From Octopus sinensis (Eukaryota): a stretch of DNA of 64,000 nucleotides. Shown here one piece after another: positions 12,968-26,206 of the stretch. Below the pieces are notes generated by a model. The model had not been told where the DNA came from and did no database searches. It worked only from the letters and a program-made list of their open reading frames with translations. The position numbers were made by a program, and so were the translations under genes. Position 1 is the first letter of the stretch. Every line of letters begins with the position of its first letter. The stretch is from the NCBI RefSeq assembly GCF_006345805.1, contig NC_042997.1, forward strand, positions 8,370,001 to 8,434,000, read 5' to 3'.

Positions 12968-13361
12968 GTGGAGGCGCAATGGTCCAGTGGTTAGGGCAGC
13001 GGACTCGCTGTCATAGGATCGCGGTTTCGATTCCCAGACCGGGCGTCGTGAGTGTTTATTGAGCGAAAACACCTAAAGCTCCACGAGGCTTCGGCAGGGG
13101 ATGGTGGTGATCCCTGCTGTACTCTTTCACCACAACTTTCTCTCACTATTTACTTCCTGTTTCTGTTGTACCTGTATTTCAAAGGACCGGCCTTGTCACT
13201 CTCTGTGTCACGCCGAATATCCCCGAGAACTACGTTAAGGGTACACGTGTCTGTGGAGTGCTCAGCCACTTACACGTTAATTTCACGAGCAGGCTGTTCT
13301 GTTGATTCGGATCAACCGGAACCCTCGTCGTCGTAACCGACGGAACGCTCCAAAAAAAAAA
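12968..13361 (+). mobile_element. tRNA-derived SINE, family C, full length with 12-bp TSD
   Basis: Head ggaggcgcaatggtccagtggttagggcagcggactcg...ggtttcgattccc and an A-tail. TSD atattttgagtt at 12956-12967 and 13362-13373. Confidence 0.92.
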
Positions 13362-13950
13362 ATATTTTGAGTTACTCTTTACGAGATAATACCAGTTCCG
13401 TTTATTTTATTGTTAGCATGCATTTGATTCACCGCATTTTTGTCTATTATTTGTATATGATTGTATACATCATATAGAATTCATTACTCAAGAAGATGAT
13501 AAACGACTAAAGCGCTATTCAAAATGTCGCACAATGCTTACATAAACGCCTGAAGAACATATACACATATATTCGTCAAATTAATATTTATCTCAGACAT
13601 ATATCACTATCTCCTCCTCTTTACTTTTAATCGTCTTTTTCTCAACTCTTTACTAAACTATACTAATACTGTTATCAGTTAAACGAATTGTCGGCCTTCT
13701 TTACCAACCCTTACTCTTGTATTTCAATAACATAATGGTCTTTTCTTGTCACGTACCAACAAACCTACCCATAGAAATGCCCTAGCTGTATAAAGAATTC
13801 AGTAAGAATACAATTCATTCAGTCAGACGAGACCAACTTCTAGCGTTACTTCGAAATCACTGACAATAAACTTATTAAAGATAGCTTGCTTGAAACCTGT
13901 GAGGCTTTTCTTCAGTTGATGGTCATAGTTCTTTACTTGTGTGTGTGTGT

Positions 13951-13992
<42 letters not shown>

Positions 13993-15556
13993 TGTGAGTG
14001 TGTGTATGTGTGTGTGTCTGTGAGTGTGTGTGTGTGTGTGTGCACATGTGTGCATTTGTGTATGTATGTGTGAGTGTGTGTGCGTTTGGGTGTATTCGCG
14101 AATGTGTGTGTGTGGATGGTTGAATGCGCATACATGTGTGTAAGTATGCAACGAAGCACATATACACACATATGAACGCTCATTCAAACGTGTCTATTAG
14201 CACACATCTGTATGTGTCGAGTGAACTATCCGCATTTGGCGAAACTATTTCCAAATGGAATCTATAATCGATTACCCATTGCTAGTGCCTGCGCTTCCAC
14301 ACACAAACACACATACACACACATACACACATACACACACACACTCACAAGTACGCCCGCGCGCACACACACGCACATACAGACGTTCACTTACTCCATT
14401 AATTACATTATAACAATTTGGCAATGTATCTCAATGCTGATAATGGTAAAGCAATCCTTTGGTTTAAAGCTCTGGATAGCGGAAGTCCAAACTCTAATCA
14501 TAGAGGGCAACTAGTCTTTTGACCTTACATATATGATCTCAAGCGATAAACAAGCGTAAGGTGTTGATTCCAAGATCAAAGTTCTTTGATTTAACTGAGC
14601 TGTGTGCACCATGTTTCCGCCACTCCAATAACACACAATACGATCGCTTTGCTTGGAGATGAGATTTATTGGGAAAATAAACAGGTTTTTACTGTTAAGA
14701 ATTATATTTGTTCTCCATTTCCACAAGGCTATAATTGCTTTGTTAGTTATTTGTCTCACTGTGTTCATCATATGCACACAGTTTTCTTTTCAACGTATTA
14801 ATAGCAATGGGAAATGCTATATTATAGTGACTATTATCATGATTGGTTCCGTCTTTCTTTGTTGTCGATAGAATCAATGGATACCGCTGATTATTGCAAG
14901 GTGAAGCAAATGATCCCTTATACGGAATATGCGGAAGATAAATACTTATCCAGATTTCTGAAGCATCACAATATTCCCTCTTTTAAACTCCTCTTGTCTT
15001 ACCTTCTTTCCTACTGTCTCCTTCATTCTCTTCACATACACATATATATATTTATGTATGTATATACACACACATACATATGCACAAATACACACATACT
15101 CCTACACATATATACACAGAGAGAAAGAGTTAGGTGTATAGATATCAATATATTTATGTACATATGTGTGTATGTGTGTATATATATACACACACATACG
15201 TACACATATGCACACATACACAGACACAAACACATACGCACACATATATATACAGAGAGAGAGAGTTAGTTATATAGATGCCAATATATTTATGTATACA
15301 TGTGTGTATATATACATGTGTATGTGTGTATACATATAAACACATATGCACACACACAGATACACACATATTAAGAGAGAGGAAAAGTGGAGAGAGAGAA
15401 AATGAAAGGAAAGACAGAGAGACAGAGAGAGTAAAATGCAGCATTACTGTAGACAATAGTTCGATAGACCGATTTGCGTATATAACGTGTTGTTGGAAGA
15501 TTGATTGATAACAAATTTACTGGGGATTGGGCAATAAGTTTAGTGAATGTGTTCTG

Positions 15557-15586
15557 ATAGATAGATAGATAGATAGATAGATAGAC

Positions 15587-15681
<95 letters not shown>

Positions 15682-15702
15682 CAGATAGATAGACAGATAG
15701 AC

Positions 15703-15767
<65 letters not shown>

Positions 15768-15786
15768 CACAGACAGATAGATAGAT
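15557..15786. repeat. (GATA)n/(GACA)n microsatellite
   Basis: Directly visible. Confidence 0.97.
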
Positions 15787-16295
15787 TTATATTTATATAT
15801 ATATATATATAATATATACATACACACGTACGTACGTACACACACACGCGTGCACATATATATATTCTGTACAACGAAGTATATCTACAGATTTGACCCA
15901 CCACAATGCGCAAGAGCTATATATAAACACTCCGTTGCTATCTACAATAGTTTTGTGGATAGAAAACAAGGATCAACCGGATTAGCTTCAATTCTCTACT
16001 GGGATTTTATCTCGTTTCTAGATTTTAGATTTTAAACATAGCTGGTGTTAGGCTTTGCTATCTAAATGCAAGAATTATAACAGCAGTCGAGGATTAATTC
16101 ATTATAATATGGATCTAAGACTTTATTGTGTTTGATTTTAACATGCACAGCATTCCACTGAAATTATTGCTTCCCGCCATATTGCTGTTACATATGTGCA
16201 TACATGTCTCTATATGTGTCTGTCTGTCTGTCTGTCTGTCTCTCCACATATCGTGTCTGTACACGTGTGTGTATGCAGGTATTATATACATCGTA

Positions 16296-16758
16296 TAGGA
16301 GTGGCTGTGTAGTAAGTAGCTTGCTTACCAACCACATGGTTCCGGGTTCAGTCCCACTGCGTGGCATCTTGGGCAAGTGTCTTCTAGTATAGCCTCGGGC
16401 CGACCAAAGCCTTGTGAGTGGATTTGGTAGACGGAAACTGAAAGAAGCCCGTCGTATATATGTATATATATATATGTGTGTGGTGTGTGTGTGTGGTGTG
16501 TGTGTGTGTGTGTGTGTGTGTGCATGTGTGTGTGTATGTTTGTGTGTCTGTGTTTGTCCCCCTAGCATTGCTTGACAACCGATGCTGGTGTGTTTACGTC
16601 GCCATCACTTAGCGGTTCGGCAAACGAGACCGATAGAATAAGTACTAGGCTTACAAAGAATAAGTTCCAGGATCGATTTGTTCGACTAAAGGCGGTGCTC
16701 CAGCATGGCCGCAGTCAAATGACTGAAACAAGTAAAAGAGTATAAGAGATTAAAGAGT
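16296..16758 (+). mobile_element. SINE family A, full length
   Basis: aggagtggctgtgtagtaagtagcttgc...gggttcagtccc head; ends gactgaaacaagtaaaagagt. Confidence 0.9.
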
Positions 16759-16889
16759 ATAATGTATTGCATAATACTTATGAATATATACACACGTGTA
16801 TGTATTTATGATTTTAAACTACATCCGATAGCAGGCCCCCTGGTTCGGAAGTTCCAGGGCTTTGAGGAGTGTGAAACCACCTTTTAGTC

Positions 16890-17290
16890 AGCTTTGTTCC
16901 CAGCCGTACTCTGACCCGGAGTAGTAGCACATGTCAGGGTCCCAGCTGTGGATTAATTAGCATGCTAGAGCTTGCCTACTTACGCATATGAAAATTGGAT
17001 CTGACGGACTCGGTGAAGAAATCTATCATGGTTCCACAGAGATTGCGAATGCAGCAAAGCATTGTGAATAGCAAGGAACAAGGTGAGGTAAGTAAAATAT
17101 CTTGGTCATGCACCGTATCTGTCTCCACCCCCAGTCGTCTTAACTTGATTTTGTCACTGGATTAGATCACGGACGAAAGAGTGAGGTTGGGGATGCATGT
17201 TTCCTATTCACTTCAAACAAAGTCACCACGCAAATCTTCAGTCATTCTTAAGATTACTAGATAGTCATCGTCGCACCAACAGGCAAACAT
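16890..17290 (+). mobile_element. Old unclassified interspersed repeat; second copy inverted at ~24390-24800
   Basis: tactctgacccggagtagtagcac...agggtccc...ttaattagcatgctagagcttg...aagtcaccacgcaa aligns to the reverse complement of 24390-24800. Confidence 0.7.
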
Positions 17291-17628
17291 ATATCTATTC
17301 ACCCATGCATATAAACATTGATATACAATAGATATACTGATATCACATGTATGTGTGTATATATACATATATATATTATATATATATATATATTATATAT
17401 ATATATATATATATAATATATATATATTATATATATATATATAAAGAAGTAAATATATGGCACAACGAAGTACCGATATTTACTGGAAATAGCGAACGTG
17501 ATAATACGACGTTAATGTATAGCTTCACTGCGTATGTACTAGCAAAAATGCGTGAGTGCAACAAACTAGAAAAAATTGTCTTACCTCCAGGGAGAACATC
17601 TGAAAGATGAAATACCTGGAAAAGGAAA

Positions 17629-17708
17629 ATGTGGGACCTGCGCAGGTTTCAGATTTTTCAAGATATGTCTGCACCCATAAACTTGATCTATCTTCATCAG
17701 CCAAACAT
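17629..17708 (-). ncRNA. Type I hammerhead ribozyme motif (canonical core, GUC triplet)
   Basis: AUGUUUGG-CUGAUGA-AGAU...AUCU-GAAA-CCUGCGCAGG-U-C-CCACAU. Confidence 0.72.
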
Positions 17709-17938
17709 ATACCACGACAACATTTCAGATGTTACCACAATAATGCCATTACACTCGACTGAAACACCGAAACGCTAACAGCACGAGAACGGTGAAGAAG
17801 TTTCAATAAATTAGTAATGCAATTCTAGAGTATTGCTTTCCAGTTGTGCCATATATTTACTTCTTTGTATATTTTTCCCTCACGGGCTATTCTTTACTGG
17901 AAAGCAATGTGGTAACATCTGAAATGTTGTCGTGGTAT

Positions 17939-18018
17939 ATGTTTGGCTGATGAAGATAGATCAAGTTTATTGGTGCAGACATATCTTGAAAAATCTGAAA
18001 CCGGCGCCGGTCCCACAT
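17939..18018 (+). ncRNA. Type I hammerhead ribozyme motif (canonical core, GUC triplet)
   Basis: CUGAUGA at 17947-17953. Stem II is AGAU/AUCU extended by UCAAG/CUUGA. GAAA at 17997-18000, palindromic stem III ACCGGCGCCGGU, predicted cleavage after C18012. Stem I is AUG(UU)UGG/CCACAU. Confidence 0.72.
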
Positions 18019-18904
18019 TATCCTTTTCCAGGTATTTCATCTTTCAGATGTTCTCCCTGGAGGTAAGACAATTTTTTCTAGTTTGTTGCACTCACGCATT
18101 TTTGCTAGTACATACGCGGTGAAGCTATACATTAGCGTCGTATTATTACGTTCGCTATTTCCAGTAAATATCGGTACTTCGTTGTGCCATATATTTACTT
18201 CTTTGTATATTTCCCCTCACGGGCTATTCTTTACTGGAAAGCAATACTCTAGTATTGCATTACTAATATATATATATATTAATGTGTCCAACTGTTTAAA
18301 GAAATTCCATTTATTTATGCAGCTGAGGATAGCACTGCATTAAAATTGATGTAATGATTGCATTGTTCAATTAAATGGAGTCGCTTCAAACGGTCGTACT
18401 GCATCACTTTTTGATGTCCTGTTGCTTATTTTGACTTTGTTCACCTTACTTGAGTTGTACGGATAATACCGCACTAACTTGGTGCTTATTTTGATTATAT
18501 ATATATACTAAGAAAAGCATATAAAATAAAGTCATATGTATAAGTGATTTGCTTGCAGGGAATAAGAGCATTTGAGGCCGCTCCCTTACTTAAAGTTTCT
18601 TACTGACATAGGTTCAGTTGGGATCTTCGGCAGACAAACGCTCAGGTAATTCTTTAAAACACCTACACACACTCCATGTAGATGTTTTTAGTTACTGGAG
18701 AGCTGTTGAAATTATCTGGGTCTGAAATCTAATCTGTTGCAGTATCTGATCCCAACTTCACACAAATATTATGCAGTGACGTATACTTTGGCCATTGACC
18801 AAGCTTTGTTTCAAAGTTTAGTACAGGCCCTTCCAGGTTCTTCCATTGAAGAATAGCCATTAATTACTAAGGTGGCTAATAATGTCTCTTGCGAGCTCTT
18901 TTGG

Positions 18905-19120
18905 CAGAGGCGAGCTGGCAGAATCGTTACCATGCAGAAAAAATTGCCAAGCAGAATCTCTTCCGACTTTACGTTCAGAGTTCTAATGGCGCCGGGGTCG
19001 AGTTTACCTTTCATTCTTTCGGAATCGATAAAATAAATATTCGTTGAACAGTGGGGTCGATGTAATTCATTTACCACATCCCCCGAAATTCCTGGCCTTG
19101 TGCCAAAATTTAAAACCAAA
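18905..19120 (+). mobile_element. Diverged SINE family B relative
   Basis: gaggcgagctggcagaatcgtta...gtcgagtttacctttcattctttcggaatcgataaa...ggggtcgatgtaat. Confidence 0.72.
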
Positions 19121-19335
19121 ATATATAGCAGAAGTGATGAAACGGATTGAATCCCTGTGGGCGGTGGGGGGGGGGTTGCAGTAGAGACAGAAAGATAGCT
19201 AAGGATAAGAAGAGTGCGATGCGACTCTACGTGTGTTTAATTTTGTGACATTAGACAAGTATACGAAATCATACACGACAAACACACACACACACACATA
19301 TACAGACATTGATATGTGTATATATATATATAATA

Positions 19336-19379
<44 letters not shown>

Positions 19380-19554
19380 ATATAATATATATATATACAT
19401 ATATGATATATATATCTGTATATGTGTATATATTATATATATATATTATATATATATATATACATATATATATACATATATGTATATATATAAATACACA
19501 GATATATATAGATATATATATGTATACGTGTATTATAAGTATATCTATTTATCC

Positions 19555-19614
<60 letters not shown>

Positions 19615-19994
19615 CTTTTGCGCTCCCTGGCTATTGTCTTGACTAGACTGGTGATTATGGCTATTTATTGAATCTTAGTAAACATATTTGTTGACTGGGA
19701 AAAATCGTATCATGTTGTCTTATTTTGAAAACAAAAGAAACGTAAGTGAACGACGTGAAAAGGAGAAATAATCGATAATCAATAAATCATTAACCAATCG
19801 AGACATCCGAATTCCATTACCTCATGTTTCAAGTCAAATTCTCATATTTTTACTGATTCACTTTTATAGTCCTTGCCTTCATCCATCAACAATATCATTA
19901 AATCGTTAATTATATTTAGTCTTTTGCTTAGTACCTCTGAATATCAGTATGTGTGTTGTGTAATACGATTTTTGTTGCGTGGTGCTATCTTGTT

Positions 19995-20275
<281 letters not shown>

Positions 20276-20511
20276 GTATATTTGTTATTGTTCTGTTCGA
20301 GTTTTTATTTCCATCATTCCCTTGTAGCCTTATACTCTTACCTTGAGGTTATCAAGTACTCTTCCCTGCTAGACAAAACCAAAAAAGTAAAAAGAAAAAC
20401 AGACTATGAAATAAAAAAGAAACTAAAATTAAAATTGCAGCAACTAAAAATACGTTGGAGATTTTAAATATAGAGATGTTTATTGTTATAGAATTTCTAG
20501 GGTACTTTTAA

Positions 20512-20615
20512 ATGATGATGCTGATGATGATGATGATGAGGAGGAGGAGGAGGAGGAGGAGGAGGAGGAGGAGGAGGAGGAGGAGGAGGAGGAGGGGGAG
20601 GTGGAGGAGGAGAGT
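20512..20615. repeat. (GAT)n-(GAG)n microsatellite
   Basis: Directly visible. Confidence 0.95.
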
Positions 20616-23595
20616 GATGGTAAAAGTTGGGATTGTGATTCTATAAGATGGATGGGAGGTGCAACAAGAAGGTACTTATATCGATGTTGAAAGGAAATCG
20701 AAGACTTCGTTTGGTATTTTGATTGTCCTATTTTAACCTAACTGGTTTTGTGTGTGTGTGTATGTGTGTGTGTGTGTGTGTGTTTGTGTGCGTGTGTGTG
20801 CTTATATACATGGATATATATATGTGTGTGTATTTTAGTATGTTTGTGGACTTGAACACTAACTCAGCTTATATGCGATTAACTTTGTAAACAAAGTTAC
20901 GTTCACATATATATGTTTATAAAATATATGTTTAATTACACAGTGAAAAATAGATCCCGTGGTTCAACTATTTCTAGAACGATCGTTTGCACTGCATCCT
21001 CTTGGCGCCCAGGGAAAAGTAATCAAAACTTGACGAAGACATTGACGAGAGCGAATATAAATCGATTGATATAAACTTGATGCCCAGAGAGTTCTTATTT
21101 TACCATTGGGTCTATCTTTGGAGCGAGTTCAAAAATATGTTTATTAAAGACATAATTGTAACAGTGTTTATAGTTCGCACTCGCGCAGGAATGCATGTGT
21201 TTCTGTGAACGTGTCTGTATAAAATCATCTTCATATATTTCATTGACCTTTTTTTTTTTTGTTACATATATCATATAAATATAACTATTGTTTCGGGATA
21301 TGACATTGAGTTGTGCTTCTTTATTTGCTCCTGAGGCAAATTAAGAAATCCTTTTTTTTTTTTTTTCAGTAGGGAGTGCTTTGTTTTGGTTTGTCTTTCA
21401 TTGTATCGCAGTATTCTATATGCAATGTGTACAAGTATTTTTTTATATAGTCCAGCAGTCTGGGCTCACGTTATATACAAGCATTTCCGAATCATCTGTT
21501 TTATAAGGGCCGATTTTATGATCAATCCCTATATGCTTGTTTCCCTATTTCCAGATCACCATTTCTCCACTTTTTCAAAGGTACTGTAGCGGTAATTCTA
21601 AACCTCAATTGTTAGATAATCGATCAAACATCACGAGTGAACCACAGCAGTTTCACCTGATCGGTCTATTAAGCAACCAATCTGCGTGAAGGTGTGGTGT
21701 GATGTTTTCTATAATGTTTTTCTTGTACCCTATAAAAGAGTGGTTTTTGCCACTTGATTAATCGCAGTGTGTTGAAGGTGACTGACTAATTTACGCACCA
21801 GCACTCTTGCAGGGGTAGACACTAAAGGGAGATTTGTGCAGTTGACTTCGTATACTTTTGGGCCGGCTGCATTTTGTCACACAGATAGCTTTCTATAATT
21901 TCAGGGCAGTTTATCTCTTTCTCATTCAGCAAACATTTATATTGTTCATTGTAATTAGCCAACACCCAATATTTTTATGTCCGGCAATAAACATTTCAGC
22001 TAACTGTTCATGAATGTACTTCAGTTATTATTCATGCGGCCAACGAAATATATCTTCATTTAGCAGCTTCACATTGCACAAACCCAGCAACCATCGCGAC
22101 AATACATTATGTTGTGAATCAACAAATACTTTCAGGGCATTTTTTTGTTTTTGTTTTTATTCTTTGTTTGTTTCTGGTATGTGACAACAATATCTGGCTT
22201 GGTAGACTTGATTTCCCTTGTACCTACGAATTGACTAAACTCAGAGTATTGTCTTTTTCTCACATTCTGAGATCTTTAATGATATTGTTTATACCTTCAC
22301 ATTGCTGTAGGTATTTCATAATACTGGTATACTTTACAGTGTATGAACACCTCATAACTGTAACGCTTTTACATATATTGTACCTTGGTTAAAACTGAAA
22401 AGCTATTAACGATGCGATAAGTTGTTACTTTCTAAAATCCACATATGATGTTGTTACCTTACAACAGTTGATTTCGACTACATGGAAATCACGAATTTAC
22501 TATGCATGCAGATCCCATTTCAGCCAATCAGAGATTTTTCTTTACATGATAGTCTGGCGAAAATCGCTAGGACTTTCTGTGAAGAAAAGGTTACACACGA
22601 AAAAGCAGAGTGAATTCGGGTCACGCTGTAATTGGTCCTTGGTGAATTCCTCTCACTAATAGCAGTTGTTACAATTCCATATTCAACCCGGTGAGATTAA
22701 TGAAAAATCAGACACAGCAAAATGAATATGCATTGATATGAAAAATCAGCCTAATTATCTAATTTCTAATGAAGATCTGCTGCACCCGAAAAACTCTTCC
22801 TATATTGCTTAAACACCTTTTTAATTACGTAGCAATAAATGATGTATATAATAAACTGACAACAGGTCTTTCGTAATAACCACACAACCCTGATGTGAGA
22901 AATGGCAGTCAGCACTACTACAACCTTTTGTATTCTGTTTCATAAAAAGATGTCGGTAGTTTCCCGTACCACAATAAAACATCGTAAGATTCAGCTTTAG
23001 GCCCTGCTCTTTTCAGCCAATGATACACAGAAAGCCTCTCCTTGTCTTCCTTTTATTTATTTTCTTTTCGTATCGTTACATTCCGATACATTCATGCTAA
23101 ATGTAATTTTTGTAAATTAGATTCTAGTGGTGTATTTTAAATGAAGTCATTGTTTTTCGCATTTTTTTTTTCAACTCTAGCTAATTTACTTATCGCTCAG
23201 TTAAAAATACAAAATACGACATACTAGAGGGAGAATTTCCGTGCAGCAGATTCTTATTATTTAATTTAAATGAAGTAATTATGTTTCCTGCATTTTTCTA
23301 AAGTATTGATAATTTACTTAGCTTTCAGTTAAGAATATTATAACATTAACGTATTACATTAACGTATTGATGCCTATTACCTCTTATTTTTGCAAATAGC
23401 TCGGTTTTTATGTATTAATTTAATGCGTATATAATATTCCATTATGAAATTTTCTTTCTTTTGTACATATTGTACACTATCTACTTCTTATCCATTCTTA
23501 ATTATTTGATATCGTTCATTGACTGACAACTTCAGATTCGTGAGTTCAGCGTATGTTACATTCCAGCGAACTTTATCTTTTTAGAGAGTCATTAT

Positions 23596-23820
23596 GATTG
23601 ATTGATTGATTCTAGTTTCAGCTCATGAGCTGTGGCCATGCTGGGGCACCGCCATTTGGTGTTGCTACATGGTTTTACTTCATGAAAGCTTTTTAGCAAC
23701 TGCCATTTGGTGCATGAGAGAGTTCGATGCAGCTGCCCTCATCTGCACCTCCTGCCGTGAAGTTGGTTCATCTGGGACACCCGACAGGAAGAGATCCAGC
23801 TTCATTTTAAAGACATCTGC
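23596..23820 (-). mobile_element. 3' end of a CR1/L2-group LINE (ORF2 C-terminus, 3' UTR, (ATCA)n tail)
   Basis: Minus strand translates DVFKMKLDLFLSGVPDEPTSRQEVQMRAAASNSLMHQMA and ends ggcggtgccccagcatggccacagctcatgagctgaaactagaatcaatcaatc. Confidence 0.75.
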
Positions 23821-23835
23821 CAATATGCCAATATT

Positions 23836-24222
23836 ATCTTTTATCTTTTACCTGTTTCTGTCATTTGACTGCGGCCATGCTGAGTACCGCCTTCATGGGT
23901 GTTAGTCGAACAAATCGACCCCAAGGTTTATGTTATCAAACCTAGTACTTATTCTATCGGTCTCTTTTACCGAACCGCTAGATTACGGGGAAATGAACAT
24001 ACCAACACCGGTTGTCAAGTGGGGGGAGGGGCAAACACAGACACAAAGACACACATACGTATATACATATATATGATGGGCTTTTTCCATTTTCTGTCTA
24101 CCAAATCCGCTCACAAAGCTTTGGTCGGTTCGAAGCTATAGTAAAGGACACCTGCCCAAGGTACCACACAGTGAAACTGAACCCGGAACCATGTGGTTGG
24201 GAAGTAGGCTTATTACCACACA
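23836..24222 (-). mobile_element. SINE family A, diverged copy
   Basis: tcatttgactgcggccatgctg...ctaccaaatccgctcacaaagctttggtcgg...ggaaccatgtggttgg. Confidence 0.85.
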
Positions 24223-24389
24223 TCCATCTTCTAGATTATTAGTTTCTTTGTTTCTTTTTACCGACCCCACTTCAGTGAAAATAAATATAATTAAGCCGGG
24301 TTATAATTAAAAGGGAGAGTGCCGAATATTTAATGTGATGTTAGGGTTGTCAAACAGTTACTGAAAACAGCTACGTTTGAGGTCTGCAT

Positions 24390-24800
24390 GTTGCATTTTC
24401 GTCCATCGGAGCGACGAGGGCCATCTAGACAACATTAAGGATGTCTGGTGACTTGCGTGGTGACTTCGTTTAAAGTGAAGAAGACTTGCACACCGACAAC
24501 CTCGCTCTCTAGTTCGCGACCATTTTCAGTCCACTGGCAAGACCAGGTCAAGACAAATGGAGATGAAGAAAGATGCCACGAAGGACCAAAATGCCTTATG
24601 TTTGCCTCACCTTACTCGCAGCACCTCACAATGCAGCTGAGCTTCCCTCTCTTCAAGCATGAAAGTTTCTTCAGCAGAATCTGCCGGATCCAGTTTTCGT
24701 ATGCGTAGATAAGCAAGCTCTAACTTGCTAATTAACCCATAGCAGGGACCCTAACGGATGTTACTACTCCGGGTCAGAGTAGACCTGGGAACAACTATGG
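24390..24800 (-). mobile_element. Second copy of the unclassified repeat at 16890-17290
   Basis: Reverse-complement similarity as described for 16890. Confidence 0.65.
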
Positions 24801-25639
24801 CTAAGAAGTACTTCCATACTCTTCAAAGCTCTGAAATTCTCGAACCAGCGCCCCACTATCGGATGCAATTTAAAATCATACCCAGGAACATAACTGCGTG
24901 TTACGTTCATAATGCCCACTAAATTATTGGCATTAGTTCTCAGTCGTTTTATTAACCTGGAACAGTTGATTTTAAACATATTCATAAAATATCAAGAGAC
25001 ATCGAGTAGAATATATACTTTTTTTACTATGTAAAAAAAAGTAATACGAAGACAGTTGACGATTATTAAGAACAAACCAAGTAGGGAAAATGAGTACCCC
25101 ATATCACAATGCTGACTGACTTAGTTTCGAGTAGCATCTCAGGTCGTTCTGTCCAGGGGCTCAAAGTTCCATCTTTTTGTAACGTCCAACGGAGTTTAGA
25201 GAATTTACAATTAGGCTATTTAGGGGAAATGATTCCAGTTCACTTGCTCTCACACCAGCTGATCTGATTAGCCGAGTTATATTGAAGAAGGTGTTATGTT
25301 ACTTTTTATTGCAACGTAAGGACTTTTTTGCTTTATTTTATTTTCTAATTCTTTCTTTAACCATGAGCTTCAATTACGAAATAGTCAAAGTGTGCCAACT
25401 AAGCACGATTTGATCCGGTATGTGATTATGTAAGGGCTTTTCCACCACATCATAAAGGATAAAACAGGAGACGAGGCACTGCTGTCAGTTAGACCGTAAG
25501 TTTGAACTGCTTTCTATCTAAGCAATAATTTCGTTCAATCGAACGTATACAGCTGCAGACATTGCGCATAATTGAACAAGTCGTAGTACGTATTGCAATC
25601 TTCAACTACCATCTGTTCAAAAAGAGTTAATGACGTACC

Positions 25640-26027
25640 TATTTCTTTACTACCTACAAGGGGCTAAATACAGAGAGGACAAACAAGGACAGACAAACGG
25701 ATTAAGTCGATTATATCGACCCCCAGTGCGTAACTGGCATTTAATTTATCGACCCCGAAAGGATGAAAGGCAAAGTCGACCTCGGCTGAATTTGAACTCA
25801 GAACGTAACGGCAGACGAAATACCTATTTCTTTATTACCCACAAGGGGCTAAACACAGAGGGGACAAACAAGGACAGACATAGATATTAAGTCGATTATA
25901 TCGACCCCAGTGAGTAACTGGTACTTAATTTATCGACCCCGAAAGGATGAAAGGCGAAGTCGACCTCGGCGGAATTTGAACTCAGAACGTAACGGCAGAC
26001 GAAATACCGCTGAGCATTTCGCCCGGC
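25640..26027 (-). mobile_element. Head-to-tail dimer of 5'-truncated SINE family B within one 16-bp TSD
   Basis: Units at ~25640-25824 and 25825-26027. TSD gagttaatgacgtacc at 25624-25639 and 26028-26043. Confidence 0.9.
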
Positions 26028-26206
26028 GAGTTAATGACGTACCGTAAAACAACTCTGCAGGAATAAAACCTAGATCCTTCTTTAAAGATGTTCTGACACT
26101 TAGTAGTACAGTAGGTAGATATTCCAACTTCTCTGTGTACCGTATGCTTTAAATGGTGTTTAATTTGGCAAAAAAAGCGTTCTGTCATTCCTTTTGTTGC
26201 ACGATA

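Larger units (their letters stand above)
17443..18267. repeat. Fold-back element: ~297-bp inverted arms (17443-17739 / 17908-18204), rearranged spacer and 63-nt tail, inside (TA)n
   Basis: Arms are near-identical reverse complements. The spacer holds an inverted copy of 18233-18267 and a direct copy of ~18182-18244. Confidence 0.92.

Noticed and set aside
12968-13045. SINE heads as genuine tRNA genes
   Set aside because: They continue into SINE bodies with tails and TSDs and lack a proper acceptor stem and terminator.
14814-15000. Possible exon ESMDTADYCKVKQMIPYTEYAEDKYLSRFLK
   Set aside because: No recognisable homology, no convincing donor, and the ORF runs into microsatellite.
25490-25502. 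Strong donor-like acc|gtaagt
   Set aside because: It lies within the antisense strand of the Gypsy relic with no matching exon.
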